Both the position numbers and the translations under genes were made by a program. This document shows, piece after piece, positions 38,626-49,600 of a stretch of 64,000 nt of DNA. Location of the stretch: NCBI GenBank assembly GCA_963691875.1, contig OY829846.1:2720001-2784000 (forward strand). Reading direction: 5' to 3'. The notes beneath the pieces are model-generated. The model saw only the letters and a list, made by a program, of their open reading frames with translations. It was not told where the DNA came from and searched no databases. Positions within the stretch are counted from its first letter, which is position 1, and the number at the start of each line of letters is the position of its first letter. Origin of the DNA: Aureliella sp. (GTDB lineage: Bacteria; Planctomycetota; Planctomycetia; Pirellulales; Pirellulaceae).

Positions 38626-41600
38626 ATGAGTAGATTGATCCATCGCAAAGTGGCAGGGGAGTCTCGACGCAATCGATCTGGTTTAATTCTCCTGGTCGTG
38701 TTGGGCATGCTGGCTTTGTTCAGCATGTTGGCCGTGACCTACGTCGTGTTTGCTTCACAATCGCGCTCTACCAGCATGGCGCTTGCGCGTCGCGAGACAC
38801 GTGGCCACAAGTCTCACCGCGCTATTATGGACTCAGCCATGATGGCCCTTGTTCGCGGCACTGGCCCACAATCTAGTATGTTTGGGCACAGCTTACTGGG
38901 CGATCTCTACGGTGCATCCGAATCTCAGGGCACGACACTTTCAGTGCGTACCTTCACCATCAATGACGATCTAAGCATCACGCCTTCGATGCCGAACACG
39001 AGCCGTGATCGTCCCTTGCTTTTGAATGGGCACTTCTTGCGCATACCTCTACACGATCCAGCCGTAAGATCGGGTAGCTACTTGTCACCAAATTTCCTGC
39101 CGGCAGATAGCGATGCATTAAATGGTCGAATTGTCACGTTCCCGGAAGGCAATGGACCTTTGAGCGGACAATCGTTCCGGATCATCCGTTACATCGGACA
39201 GACGGTGACGGCAGCTGCAAGCACAGATGCGGAAAGGCATTTACTCGCGCAGAGTTATTCAATCACCATCGATTTGAATGAAGCGAATCTGCAGCAGTCC
39301 TTTTCCGCAGGCGGCGTGCATGGGAGTATTGCAGATTGGGTGAGCCGTTTTCCACCCGGTACGGGTGTTTGGGCTTCAGGTGCTTATGCCTGCTACGGTT
39401 CGGTTGGTAATGTTCATTCCAATCCATTCTCCCTGCTGCTGAATGGTCAGCCGTTGAATGCGCACGGGGTAGGGATCCTAGCAGACGGCAGTTCGCAATT
39501 GCACTTTCAACCGGTGGCCGGTGGCCGGCCAGTTGATCCCGCTCCGTCCGGAGGCCAACCGCCGCGTTATAACTCGATTAGTGAAATGGCGACAAGCTTG
39601 CTTCCGAACTATCGAGAGATGGGAGGTGCAGGCGCGGCTGGTTCCACGGGTTGGCTGACGACGGCGAGTGCCGCCGATCAGAATCCGAATGCACAGTACC
39701 CTATTTTCGAGCAATACCCTCGCATCGTTCCCTCACCAATCGGATTGCTCGGCGACTCGGACGAGCCTTATGATGCACCGGATTACCAAAACATGTGGAT
39801 GGCGCACCGGCGAGCAGGCGCGGCTACATCGCGGCAGATCATCCCGTCCTTCCACCGGCCATCTTTGATTAACTATATTGTAAATTGGAAGAAGAATCCG
39901 GTTACCGGGCAGCCCATGAGTCCTGCGACATGGACCGAGGAGGAGTTCTTAGCGACGATACGCCGGATTGAAATGGCAACGCTTCGTCCGCTTTCTTATA
40001 TCATCACGACGCCCAGTCGCGGGACGGTCACCAGGAATGCGTTGTTTACTGGAGGGAATTCGGGCAACGCAGGTGGGACCACTGGCAGCGATTTTACCTC
40101 ACCAACATTGAATGTCGAAATCACGAGTAACTGGGTAAATAATTGGGGGCCCCTATGGGGTACCGCCGCCAGTCCTGGCGTCTTCCGCCAATGGGTGAAT
40201 CAACTAGTTATCGGGCCTTGGGATGTTGATACGGACCTCGACGGTGTTGCGGATTCCAATTGGATCGATCCTGGCCTGCCGTTGGAAACAACAGCCGATG
40301 GAAAACTCGTCAAACCCATGGTGGCCTATTACGTTGACGATTTGGATTCCAAGTTAGACATCAACGCCGTTGGCTCTTTGGCGCAGATCAAGTCGCGGGT
40401 TGTTGGACCGTACGTAAACCATGCAGGAGAGCAATTCGCGGAGGCGATTGATGGGACGTTTTATAATTGGGACCACCTCAACAATACTTCCAGCTATCTT
40501 CGTCAAGGACTTGGCTACGGTCCTGCTGACATCTCTCTGCGGCACCTGTTCAATGATCCAAGCACAACAGATGACATAGATGAACTGAGGTTCGCATCCT
40601 TTATGCGAGAGCGTTACGGCGCGGGTGAGTTTTCCACAGAGTTCGTACCTGGATATATCGGAAACGATGCCTTTTCTGAGATCGCGAACATGCGTGAGCG
40701 ACGAATCAGTTTTTCGCATGGTCGATCACCGGGTTTGCCCATGGCAACTACTGGGCGTGATTCAATCGGCCTTGACTTCTTTGGAAATCCGCGTGTGTGG
40801 AACAGTCGTCTTACTGGCAGCAATCAAAGCGCCGTGAATGAGTCTACCAACGACCCCTATGAAGCCACTTGGATGCGGGGTGGCAATCAGGATTCACCCT
40901 ACACTATCGCAGAGTGGGAGCGAATCTACCGAGTTCGAGACGCAGATCGCACTATGATGCCAGACCGACTGCAGCAGGCACTGGGGCTCAATGCCGCCTC
41001 TCTCGCATCGAGCAACTTACGTCACGAGATAAGCCCCTACACGCGTCATCTACGTGGGCCGCAGCTTACCTCACGAACAACCAGACGTTTAGACATTCCA
41101 GAGGATAATTCTACGCCTTTACTGCCGTCTTTTTTCGATACAGCGGGTACCTCACCGACCAGTCTGGGGCAAGGCCCAACTTCAATGCTTCAGCTGGTTA
41201 ACACTGTTCGCCATCTGCGACGAGAGGCAGCATTCACACAGAGCCAGTTATTGGAGTTGTTTCCGCTCGAGTTCTCGCGAGGCATGCTGATGGATCTTAA
41301 CCGTCCATTCGGTAACGGCTACGACGATGACAAAGATGGGCAAATCGATGAACCGGACGAGCTGAATCAGCTAACGAACTCAGAGGGTGCGATTTACGCG
41401 ACGCTCCCGGGTGCTAATGTGACGCCTGGTTCTATCCTCGAGAATTACTTCGAAGGTTATTTTTCTCGCCCCGACACCAATATCACTCGAAACCAACGCC
41501 TGGAATTGATCAATGCAGATCCGCATCTTGATTACACATCAGCAACGTTGAATGTCTTCCAAGGGATGGAATCGAGGCAGATGTACGCTCGTCAGCTTTA

Positions 41601-44600
41601 CTGTCTAGCGCAGTTGCTGGTTCCAGAAGACTATGTCTTTCCAAATATCAATAAAGCCTACTTCCAAAACTTATTGCTCGAGCGGGCCAATGGCGTCGCA
41701 GATGCTGCCAACAAGTACACTCAGTTGCGAGGGCGGACACTTGCTCAGTGGGCTGTGAACACAGTAGATTTTCGCGACGGTGATGCGGCGATGACACGGT
41801 TCGTCTACGACCCTGATCCGTTTCGTGACGCGTCGGGCAACGACTTTGCTGCTTGGGAAGTAGTCCCTGCTACCACAACTGTAGTTTGGGGGATGGAAGC
41901 ACCGGAAGCCTTGCTGACCGAATCATTGGCCTTCCATGATGTCCGCGTTCGCCGAGACCCTTACGCAGCCGGTCCGGATCCTGTTTTCCATCAGTTTCGT
42001 GTTCCTCAAGGTTCCCTGTTTCTTGAGATCTTTTGTCCGCGAACCACTGCTCTGGAAACGGCAACTACCCCTCCAATCCCAGGCGAGAGTGATCGTAATG
42101 CCCAGGGCGTTCCGAATGGGCTCTACAGCACCGATAACGATAACAATTCCGGGAACGGTTTCCAGGGTGATGTTCGGCTCGAACTATCTCGCCTAACCTT
42201 GTCAAAGTATGGTTCTCAGTTTCCTGTGTGGCGGGTCTATCTATCAGGCCCAGCTGATCCAGACGCAGCCCAGGCACTTAAGACTCCTAACGAGCGGCTC
42301 ATGGCTCCGGGAACTCCAGTATTTGATGAGCCCCAACGCCATGATCTCAATTTGCAATTTCAGAGCGGCAACACGTTGTTCGACATGTCTGGATCTCCAA
42401 TTCCAGATTCTGTGACAGCTGCCGCTGCTTCTGGCTTGCAGTTTGATTATCTGCCAACCGGTGATACAGAACGCCTAGACGAACCGGACCCAAGCGATTC
42501 GCGAATTGTTCTTTTCACCCCACGATCGGCATTCACAGCCACCAGGGCAAACACGCCAGGTGTCGCGAATCCTGCAGCGCAAGTATTTCAGCATCAAGCG
42601 GGTAATGTTCGGATACGTGGTGGCGAATTTCTGGTCGTTGGTCCTCGCCAGGGAACATACTTTGGATCTCGGGAAGATTCAAAAACCGGCGCTACAATGG
42701 GTGACTTCCGCAACTCGCCAAACGGCCACAGCATCATTTTTGACAACTCTGGGACGGACCGGATTGCGGGTGGTGCTGGCCCCTGGGTTAGCCTCCATGA
42801 TCCAAGCTTTACAGCGATTACGCAGCGGGCAGAACACCAAAAGTGTAACTGGCTTATTGTAAATCAAGAATTGGATGCGCTTTGGACGGCAGAGGCAGGT
42901 GAGCCCAATCCACCGATGCTCTTCAATGGTTTAAATATTTCCGAGCCATTGGCCGACCTAGACAGCTTCAACAATGGCGCCCTTGACAGCTACTACGCTG
43001 AGCCGACAGACATTGTCAACGAGGACGATGATACTGGTGGCGGCCCTACCGGAGAACCAGGATTCGATTCCATCCCTCAAGATGGTTATCACGATTGGAG
43101 TATGAGTGCTTCTCCGGCCTCAGTTACAGCTCCATTCGATGCAGGCCAAAGCGGTACGCCACTTGAATTCTGGAATCCTGTTAACAATCCATGGACGCAG
43201 GCCGGCGGTGCTCCACGAGTGGACTTGGATTCAGATGGAACTGGCGACGTAGTCAGCCCAGGAACGCAGTTTGACTTTAGCACTGCCTATCTGCAGCGAT
43301 TAGCCGACCCAGAAAAGCCATTCCACGCGACCTTCAACCCCTATATCACTGTGGATTGGCTGCCAATCGACCTGACCGTCTTTAATGGTGAAGACAATGA
43401 GGCACCTCACTTTGACCCAAGTGATCCTGGGTACCCAGAACACTATTTCGCATCACGGCAGAAGATGGGGCAAGGGTTAGACTCTAGCACTCACGAGTAT
43501 CCAGCTCAGGATTCGAACGCTGGGGAAAATTCGACAGGTGGAACTACGTTTTACTCTGCTCTAACCGATCAACTGGCAGATGAATCCGCGCCGGACGCGA
43601 CGCTCGACGCTTTCTGGAACTTTGTGATGCCAGTTCGCCCAACTCTAGTGACACCACCCAATCCTCGAGATTTGGCGACATTTAATGGAACGAACTCCTT
43701 CCCGACACTAGGCTATTTAAACTCTAGTTATCTAGTGTCCGGCGAAGCTGGCACGCGTGATGTAGCCAATGTGCGATTTCGAGGTGCCCCTGCTAATCCA
43801 GACGCTCCTCGAGAGATCTGGCGTCCCTACTCGGTCTATTGGCCGAACAGACAATTCGTCAACAATCTTGAGTTGATGATGGTTCCGCTTTCTAGTCCGG
43901 GACAATTCATGCAAGAGTTCTCTTCGACACTCAATACAAATGGTGGTTCGCATTACGCGGCTGACTTCCGCAACAACGTTGGAACATATTCATTTCCGGA
44001 TGATCGCCGGACACCTGTTTCACCAGTGTCAGAATTACCACCGGTGAATACGGGTGGCACTCCGCTGGGGAACTCAGGGACGGTAGGCACACGCGCCGCA
44101 TCAGCAATAAACGATAACGGCTTGGTCGTTGGTGGTACGCTGGTCCCATCCGAACCAGCCCGGTACACAGCGTACGCGCATCTGATGAACTTCTTCCAAG
44201 AGGTTCCATCCATCAAGCAGCCGGATCGGCATCCGATGTATACGTTTACGCCATCGCCACCATCTATCGCACCGGTGGCTCCAATGCCGGAAGGCGCAAA
44301 CCCGAAAAACACTTCGTTACTCAATCTACTGGAGATGGTTGATACCAAATCGCCATGGACTGACTCAGAACGTATCGAACCACCTGCAAATCTGGCGATC
44401 CAAGCATGGACAGGAGTCACGGTTGCGGATCAAGTAGCTGCATCCAGCAACATTATTTTCTCCCCCTTCCGAGCTCCTTACAACAGGTTCCCGACCTTCA
44501 CCGAAACGGGCAAACTCAATCTTAACAGTATTGCTGAAATCGGCGTCATCCAAGGTATTGGTCAGGCAGTGATTCCACCATCGGACATTGACTACCCACC

Positions 44601-45441
44601 ATATGATTGGTCTACCGGTGGCGCAATGAGTCCCGGAGATATCGATCACAACCATAACGGCGTATACGACACTCCAAATGGGGCCCGTCGGGAAGCCAAA
44701 TCGATTGCGGGCAGTGGAGACGCAGTTGACACTGTTTGGCAGTTCCTGCAAGCAAGCCGACAGGGTTATGCAGGAATTCCGCAGACACCAATGCAACGCT
44801 TTACACCCGCGTTCGCGCCAAACCCAGCTCTCAATCCAAATTTCCCAACGCAGTTTGCCAATCCGTTTCGGCCTGCCTCAGAGGCTGGAATGGTACCGAA
44901 GACTTGGAATCCGTTTCACGCTGAGACTCCACTGCAAGCGGCGACAGCCAATTGGGTCGAGCATTATCATCTTGCACACAATGCGGCCAAGAAGGGCGTG
45001 TTGGATATCTATGCTCGTAGGAATCCAGCTCACGTTACTCTACTGCGTGGTGCAGTGCTGCCGCCGCTTGCATTTGATATGGACTCGAACGGTATGCTGG
45101 ATTCTGCCGGAGTGACTCGATTCAATACCGGGCAATTGTTTGTCGATGCGTCCAGCACTTTGCCGCATCCATTTACTGACACTTATCCGATGACTCGTCT
45201 AAAGAATTTGACGTCGAATACTTCCAATGCATTCGCTGTCTACATGACGGTTGGGTTCTTCGAGTATGATCCAGCAACGGATTCGATTGGTGTAGAGTAC
45301 GGGGCGAATGCAGGTGAGTCGGAACGCTATCGCGGTTTCTTCGTGGTCGACCGGACAATCCCAGTCGGATTCCAAGTCGGAGAGGATCATAACGCGGCCA
45401 ACACGATCTTGGTCAAGCGTTACTTGAAAGCGAGAGACTAG
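38626..45441 (+). CDS. Giant (2271 aa) GspK/PilX-like minor pilin/adhesin
   Basis: RRNRSG|LILLVVLGMLALFSMLAVTY lacks Glu5, as in PilX/GspK. SKLDINA and GKLNLNS motifs, C-terminal TSNTSNAFAVYMTVG, and several DxDxDG loops. Confidence 0.8.
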   Translation: MSRLIHRKVAGESRRNRSGLILLVVLGMLALFSMLAVTYVVFASQSRSTSMALARRETRGHKSHRAIMDSAMMALVRGTGPQSSMFGHSLLGDLYGASESQGTTLSVRTFTINDDLSITPSMPNTSRDRPLLLNGHFLRIPLHDPAVRSGSYLSPNFLPADSDALNGRIVTFPEGNGPLSGQSFRIIRYIGQTVTAAASTDAERHLLAQSYSITIDLNEANLQQSFSAGGVHGSIADWVSRFPPGTGVWASGAYACYGSVGNVHSNPFSLLLNGQPLNAHGVGILADGSSQLHFQPVAGGRPVDPAPSGGQPPRYNSISEMATSLLPNYREMGGAGAAGSTGWLTTASAADQNPNAQYPIFEQYPRIVPSPIGLLGDSDEPYDAPDYQNMWMAHRRAGAATSRQIIPSFHRPSLINYIVNWKKNPVTGQPMSPATWTEEEFLATIRRIEMATLRPLSYIITTPSRGTVTRNALFTGGNSGNAGGTTGSDFTSPTLNVEITSNWVNNWGPLWGTAASPGVFRQWVNQLVIGPWDVDTDLDGVADSNWIDPGLPLETTADGKLVKPMVAYYVDDLDSKLDINAVGSLAQIKSRVVGPYVNHAGEQFAEAIDGTFYNWDHLNNTSSYLRQGLGYGPADISLRHLFNDPSTTDDIDELRFASFMRERYGAGEFSTEFVPGYIGNDAFSEIANMRERRISFSHGRSPGLPMATTGRDSIGLDFFGNPRVWNSRLTGSNQSAVNESTNDPYEATWMRGGNQDSPYTIAEWERIYRVRDADRTMMPDRLQQALGLNAASLASSNLRHEISPYTRHLRGPQLTSRTTRRLDIPEDNSTPLLPSFFDTAGTSPTSLGQGPTSMLQLVNTVRHLRREAAFTQSQLLELFPLEFSRGMLMDLNRPFGNGYDDDKDGQIDEPDELNQLTNSEGAIYATLPGANVTPGSILENYFEGYFSRPDTNITRNQRLELINADPHLDYTSATLNVFQGMESRQMYARQLYCLAQLLVPEDYVFPNINKAYFQNLLLERANGVADAANKYTQLRGRTLAQWAVNTVDFRDGDAAMTRFVYDPDPFRDASGNDFAAWEVVPATTTVVWGMEAPEALLTESLAFHDVRVRRDPYAAGPDPVFHQFRVPQGSLFLEIFCPRTTALETATTPPIPGESDRNAQGVPNGLYSTDNDNNSGNGFQGDVRLELSRLTLSKYGSQFPVWRVYLSGPADPDAAQALKTPNERLMAPGTPVFDEPQRHDLNLQFQSGNTLFDMSGSPIPDSVTAAAASGLQFDYLPTGDTERLDEPDPSDSRIVLFTPRSAFTATRANTPGVANPAAQVFQHQAGNVRIRGGEFLVVGPRQGTYFGSREDSKTGATMGDFRNSPNGHSIIFDNSGTDRIAGGAGPWVSLHDPSFTAITQRAEHQKCNWLIVNQELDALWTAEAGEPNPPMLFNGLNISEPLADLDSFNNGALDSYYAEPTDIVNEDDDTGGGPTGEPGFDSIPQDGYHDWSMSASPASVTAPFDAGQSGTPLEFWNPVNNPWTQAGGAPRVDLDSDGTGDVVSPGTQFDFSTAYLQRLADPEKPFHATFNPYITVDWLPIDLTVFNGEDNEAPHFDPSDPGYPEHYFASRQKMGQGLDSSTHEYPAQDSNAGENSTGGTTFYSALTDQLADESAPDATLDAFWNFVMPVRPTLVTPPNPRDLATFNGTNSFPTLGYLNSSYLVSGEAGTRDVANVRFRGAPANPDAPREIWRPYSVYWPNRQFVNNLELMMVPLSSPGQFMQEFSSTLNTNGGSHYAADFRNNVGTYSFPDDRRTPVSPVSELPPVNTGGTPLGNSGTVGTRAASAINDNGLVVGGTLVPSEPARYTAYAHLMNFFQEVPSIKQPDRHPMYTFTPSPPSIAPVAPMPEGANPKNTSLLNLLEMVDTKSPWTDSERIEPPANLAIQAWTGVTVADQVAASSNIIFSPFRAPYNRFPTFTETGKLNLNSIAEIGVIQGIGQAVIPPSDIDYPPYDWSTGGAMSPGDIDHNHNGVYDTPNGARREAKSIAGSGDAVDTVWQFLQASRQGYAGIPQTPMQRFTPAFAPNPALNPNFPTQFANPFRPASEAGMVPKTWNPFHAETPLQAATANWVEHYHLAHNAAKKGVLDIYARRNPAHVTLLRGAVLPPLAFDMDSNGMLDSAGVTRFNTGQLFVDASSTLPHPFTDTYPMTRLKNLTSNTSNAFAVYMTVGFFEYDPATDSIGVEYGANAGESERYRGFFVVDRTIPVGFQVGEDHNAANTILVKRYLKARD

Positions 45442-45562
45442 GCCTGATGCGTTATTATGATGGTGTGAAGCTTCTGTTGCTGAAGTGCCACCAAGCCATA
45501 ACAACGTTTCACTCATGATCGGCCTGTCCGACCCGTATTGAGCTAATTTTGTTAAGATTTCC

Positions 45563-45587
45563 AGGGCGTCTTCGGACGCCCTTTTTT
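45563..45587 (+). terminator. Rho-independent terminator closing the pilus operon
   Basis: AGGGCGTC-TTCG-GACGCCCT-TTTTT. Confidence 0.9.
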
Positions 45588-45650
45588 CGTAAGAAATAAA
45601 CTCGTTGAGACCAAACTTGACCTGGCAAAGGTCGGTTCTGTTACAAGTGA

Positions 45651-46685
45651 ATGCCGATGCACCAATTATCTATCAAGTCGGGTTTAGCCCTGTTAGTAAT
45701 AATTGGCTTGGTTGGTGCGGCGCAGCTTTGTGCTCAAGAAGTCCCTCGTTGCGAAGTGATTCCAGAAATCGGCAAGGCAAGCTTTCGCATTGATGGAGTG
45801 GAGAAGACTTGCTGGGTCTTTGGAGCGAGTGCCAATTATCCGCGGCCATTCTTCTATCCCTTGAATGGCCCGTCTGGTCAAACGTTGACTCGCATGGGGC
45901 ATCCGGGTGCACCGGATCATGATCACCACCAAAGTGTTTGGTTTGCTCACCATGATGTAGAAGGCGAAAGTTTTTGGGCCAATGATAAGGGAACGACGAT
46001 TCGGCAGAAGCAATGGCTGGCGTACGAAGATGGTGATAATGCTGCTCAACTGGCTTGTCTGATCGGATGGTACGGCAAAGACGGAAACGAATTGCTCCAG
46101 CAAGAACTGGTGGTGGCGATACTGCCAGCCGAAAAAGGTCAGTATGAGTTGGAGATTCAGTCCACTTTCACCCCTGGGGCAGGGCGCGAAGTGACGCAGC
46201 TCGGAAAAACCAACTTTGGATTCTTAGCTGTGCGCGTCGCAAAGTCGGTGGCAGAGCGTTTCGGTGGAGGGAGTCTAACCGACTCAGAAGGCCGCGAAAC
46301 GGAGAAGAACATCTTTGGCAAACAAGCCAACTGGATGGACTATAGCGGCTGGATTTATTCTCGCCCGAAATCGAGGGGAAACCGCATCGCCACTGCAGAA
46401 GGAATCACCTTCATGGAACATCCAGACAATGTTTCGTATCCAACGCACTGGCATGTTCGAGCAGACGGCTGGATGGGGGCTTCTCCGGGAATGCAGCGCC
46501 CCATCAATATTACTTCAGAAAACCCCCTTCAACTGCGATATAGCTTGTTCGTGCATTCTGGCGTTTGCGACGCGGATCTCATTGACACTCGTCATGAGGC
46601 ATTTTCGAAGCGGCCTGCATTCGAAGTCATTGCATCTCCTGAGCCGCATGTTCGCCACGCCATCCGGCGCATTGGTTCGCAGTAG
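45651..46685 (+). CDS. PmoA/DUF6807-like secreted protein (not a methane monooxygenase)
   Basis: RPFFYPLNGPSG..LTR, DHDHHQSVWFAH, FGFLAVRVA, WMDYSG, HPDN and WHVRADGW motifs; signal peptide. Confidence 0.75.
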   Translation: MPMHQLSIKSGLALLVIIGLVGAAQLCAQEVPRCEVIPEIGKASFRIDGVEKTCWVFGASANYPRPFFYPLNGPSGQTLTRMGHPGAPDHDHHQSVWFAHHDVEGESFWANDKGTTIRQKQWLAYEDGDNAAQLACLIGWYGKDGNELLQQELVVAILPAEKGQYELEIQSTFTPGAGREVTQLGKTNFGFLAVRVAKSVAERFGGGSLTDSEGRETEKNIFGKQANWMDYSGWIYSRPKSRGNRIATAEGITFMEHPDNVSYPTHWHVRADGWMGASPGMQRPINITSENPLQLRYSLFVHSGVCDADLIDTRHEAFSKRPAFEVIASPEPHVRHAIRRIGSQ

Positions 46686-46691
46686 TCTCAG

Positions 46692-49600
46692 ATGCGGTAC
46701 GTCGAGCTACACTGCAAGTCGAACTTCTCCTTTTTGGAAGGAGCTTCGCACGCTGATGAGTTGATTCAGCGTGCACTGGAGCTCGGCTATCAAGGCTTGG
46801 CGGTTACAGATCGCAATACTCTTGCCGGAATTGTACGAGCTCACACTGCGGCCAAGGACGCTGGGCTGCCGTTTTATGTGGGTGCCGAGCTGCATCCGGT
46901 TGACGGGCCGCCACTAGTGGTCTGGCCAGAGAATCGCGAGGCCTACGGGCGTCTTTGCCGGATTCTGACACGAGGCCGGCTGCGTCGCGAAAAAGGTTCT
47001 TGCGAGATCTACTGGGCAGATATCGAGGAGCTGGGCGTAGGACTTTGGGCTGGCATTCTTTTGCGGCAGCCAGTCATTGATGAAGTAGCTCCAGCTGAAC
47101 AGATGCACTACGCCGACGAAGACGTGATGCCTTGGGAGAACCAAGATCATTTTTCGGTCGCACGCGAAGATCAAGTCGATGGAACAGAGATTCACGAAGC
47201 CGATCTGAAACGCTCAACCTGTCACCTAGAGTTGCCCCCGCATGAGTTTGATCCGCGAAACGATTCAATCTGGCTACAGTGGCTCAAGTACTTCCGCCGA
47301 ATCTTCGGGTATCGAGCGAACTTGATGGTAGAAGTACATCGTGGAGTTGACGACGTGGGACAGATCGCCCGATTGCGCGAACTCAGCGACCAAGCTGAGA
47401 TTCCGCTGATGGCCGGTGGCGATGTGCATTACCATGAGTCCGAGCGAGCAATTCTGCACGACTGCTTACTGGCCACCCGATTCAATACAACGATCGATGA
47501 AGTCAGTACCCAGCGGCTGTCGAATACACAGTATCATTTGCGATCGTTGGAGCGACTTACGCATCACTATGGCGAGATTCCTGAGGCGCTAGAGCGTACG
47601 GCAGAAGTAGCCGAACAGCTGCAATTCTCATTGGACGAACTGCGATACGATTATCCGATCGAACTTGCTCCCGATAGCCAGCAGCCTATCGACTACTTGA
47701 AGCGGTTAACTTGGGAAGGTGCCAAGAAACGCTATCCCGCCGGAGTACCCGACGCAGTGATAGCCATGCTGCGACATGAAGTGGGTTTGATCGAAGAGTT
47801 GCACTACGAAGCGTACTTCTTGACTGTATGGGATCTCGTGCGTTTTGCTCGCTCACGCGGGATCTTATGCCAGGGACGAGGCTCGGCGGCCAACAGTGCC
47901 GTGTGCTATTGTCTGGGTGTGACCTCTGTCGACCCAAGTAGACTCGACTTGCTATTTGAGCGATTCATCAGCAAGGAACGTAATGAAGCACCCGACATTG
48001 ATATCGACTTCGAGCATCAACGTCGCGAAGAAGTCCTGCAATACATCTACGACAAGTACGGCCGGCATCGTGCGGGGATGACTGCGACGGTGATCTCTTA
48101 TCGCACCAAGTCGGCGATCCGCGATTGCGGGAAAGCACTTGGAATCTCACTCGACCGCATCGATGGCCTGAGCAAACTGGTGGATTCACGGCTGACCGAG
48201 GGCACCTTGGCTGATCGTGCTCGCGAGTCAGGAATTGATCCGGCTTCGGAAATCGGAAGACGTTTTCTGTATTTAGTCGAGAACTTGATTGGCTTCCCAA
48301 GGCACTTATCCCAGCATGTCGGCGGAATGGTGATGACGGACGGTTGGCTCTGTGAGCTTTGTCCTCTCGAAAATGCGTCGATGGAAGGGCGGACAGTGGT
48401 TCAGTGGGATAAGGACGATTTGGATGACCTAGGGATTCTCAAAGTCGATTGCTTATCACTTGGAATGCTCAGTGCCATCAACCGAGCGCTGGACTTGCTG
48501 GAAGATCACTACGATCGCAAGTTGACTCTCGCCACCGTTCCACCCGAAGATCCAGAAGTTTATGACATGATCTGCCAGGCGGATACGACAGGTGTGTTTC
48601 AGATCGAAAGTCGCGCGCAGATGAGCATGTTGCCGAGGCTGCGTCCCAGGTGCTTCTACGACTTGGTAATTGAGGTTGCGATTGTCAGGCCGGGGCCTAT
48701 TCAAGGGCAGATGGTGCATCCGTACTTGAAGGCGCGAAGGTCTGGTGTGCAGCCTGAGTATCCGACGGAAGAGATTGCTCAGGTACTGCGTAAGACGATG
48801 GGGGTTCCGATTTTTCAAGAGCAAGCGATGCGTCTGGCCGTGGTCGCTGCAGGTTTTACTCCTGGGGAAGCAGATCAGCTGCGTCGAGCGATGGCAGCGT
48901 GGCGTCGGCCTGGTGTGATTGACCAGTTTCGCCAGAAGTTGATCGCTGGCATGGCTGACAAAGGCTTGACGGAGGAGTTTGCAGAACGTGTCTTCACGCA
49001 GATTCGTGGCTTCGGCGAGTATGGTTTTCCTGAGTCACATGCGGCGAGCTTTGCGCTGCTGGTCTATGTCTCTTGCTGGCTCAAGCATCACTATCCAGCA
49101 GCCTTCTGCGCGGCGATTCTTAATAGTCAGCCGATGGGGTTTTATGCGCCAGCACAGCTGGTGCGCGACGCCAGAGAACACGGTGTTGAAGTCGCTGGTG
49201 TCGACGTTAATCACAGCGATTGGGAATGCACACTTGAGCCGACCAAGCAGGCGCAAGACAAGTCTTTGCGTCTGGGGATGCTAATGATCCGTGGCTTAGC
49301 TCGTGACGTGGGAGAGAAGATCATGCTGACACGGGCGCAAGCTCCCTTTCGTGATCTGGCTGATTTCACACGCCGTACGCGACTAGGGAAGGCACAAGTC
49401 ACTCGGCTTGCTGATGCCGGTGCGTTGAGCTCTCTGGCTGGTGACCGTCGTGCGGCATACTGGCAGGCTTTGGCACAGGACAAAACATCGAAAGAGCTCG
49501 GTTTGCTAGAGGCGATGGGGGCGGATGTCGATGATGACTTGCCGGAGGCGCTCAGGCCGATGGCTGAGGTGGAAGAAGTGTACGCAGACTATTCCACCAC

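Noticed and set aside
45651..46685. Methane monooxygenase subunit
   Set aside because: Soluble secreted protein of the misleadingly named PmoA-like family; no pmoB/pmoC and no multi-TM topology.
47065..47265. Intein in DnaE2
   Set aside because: Too short, with no C/S start or HN-C/S/T end.
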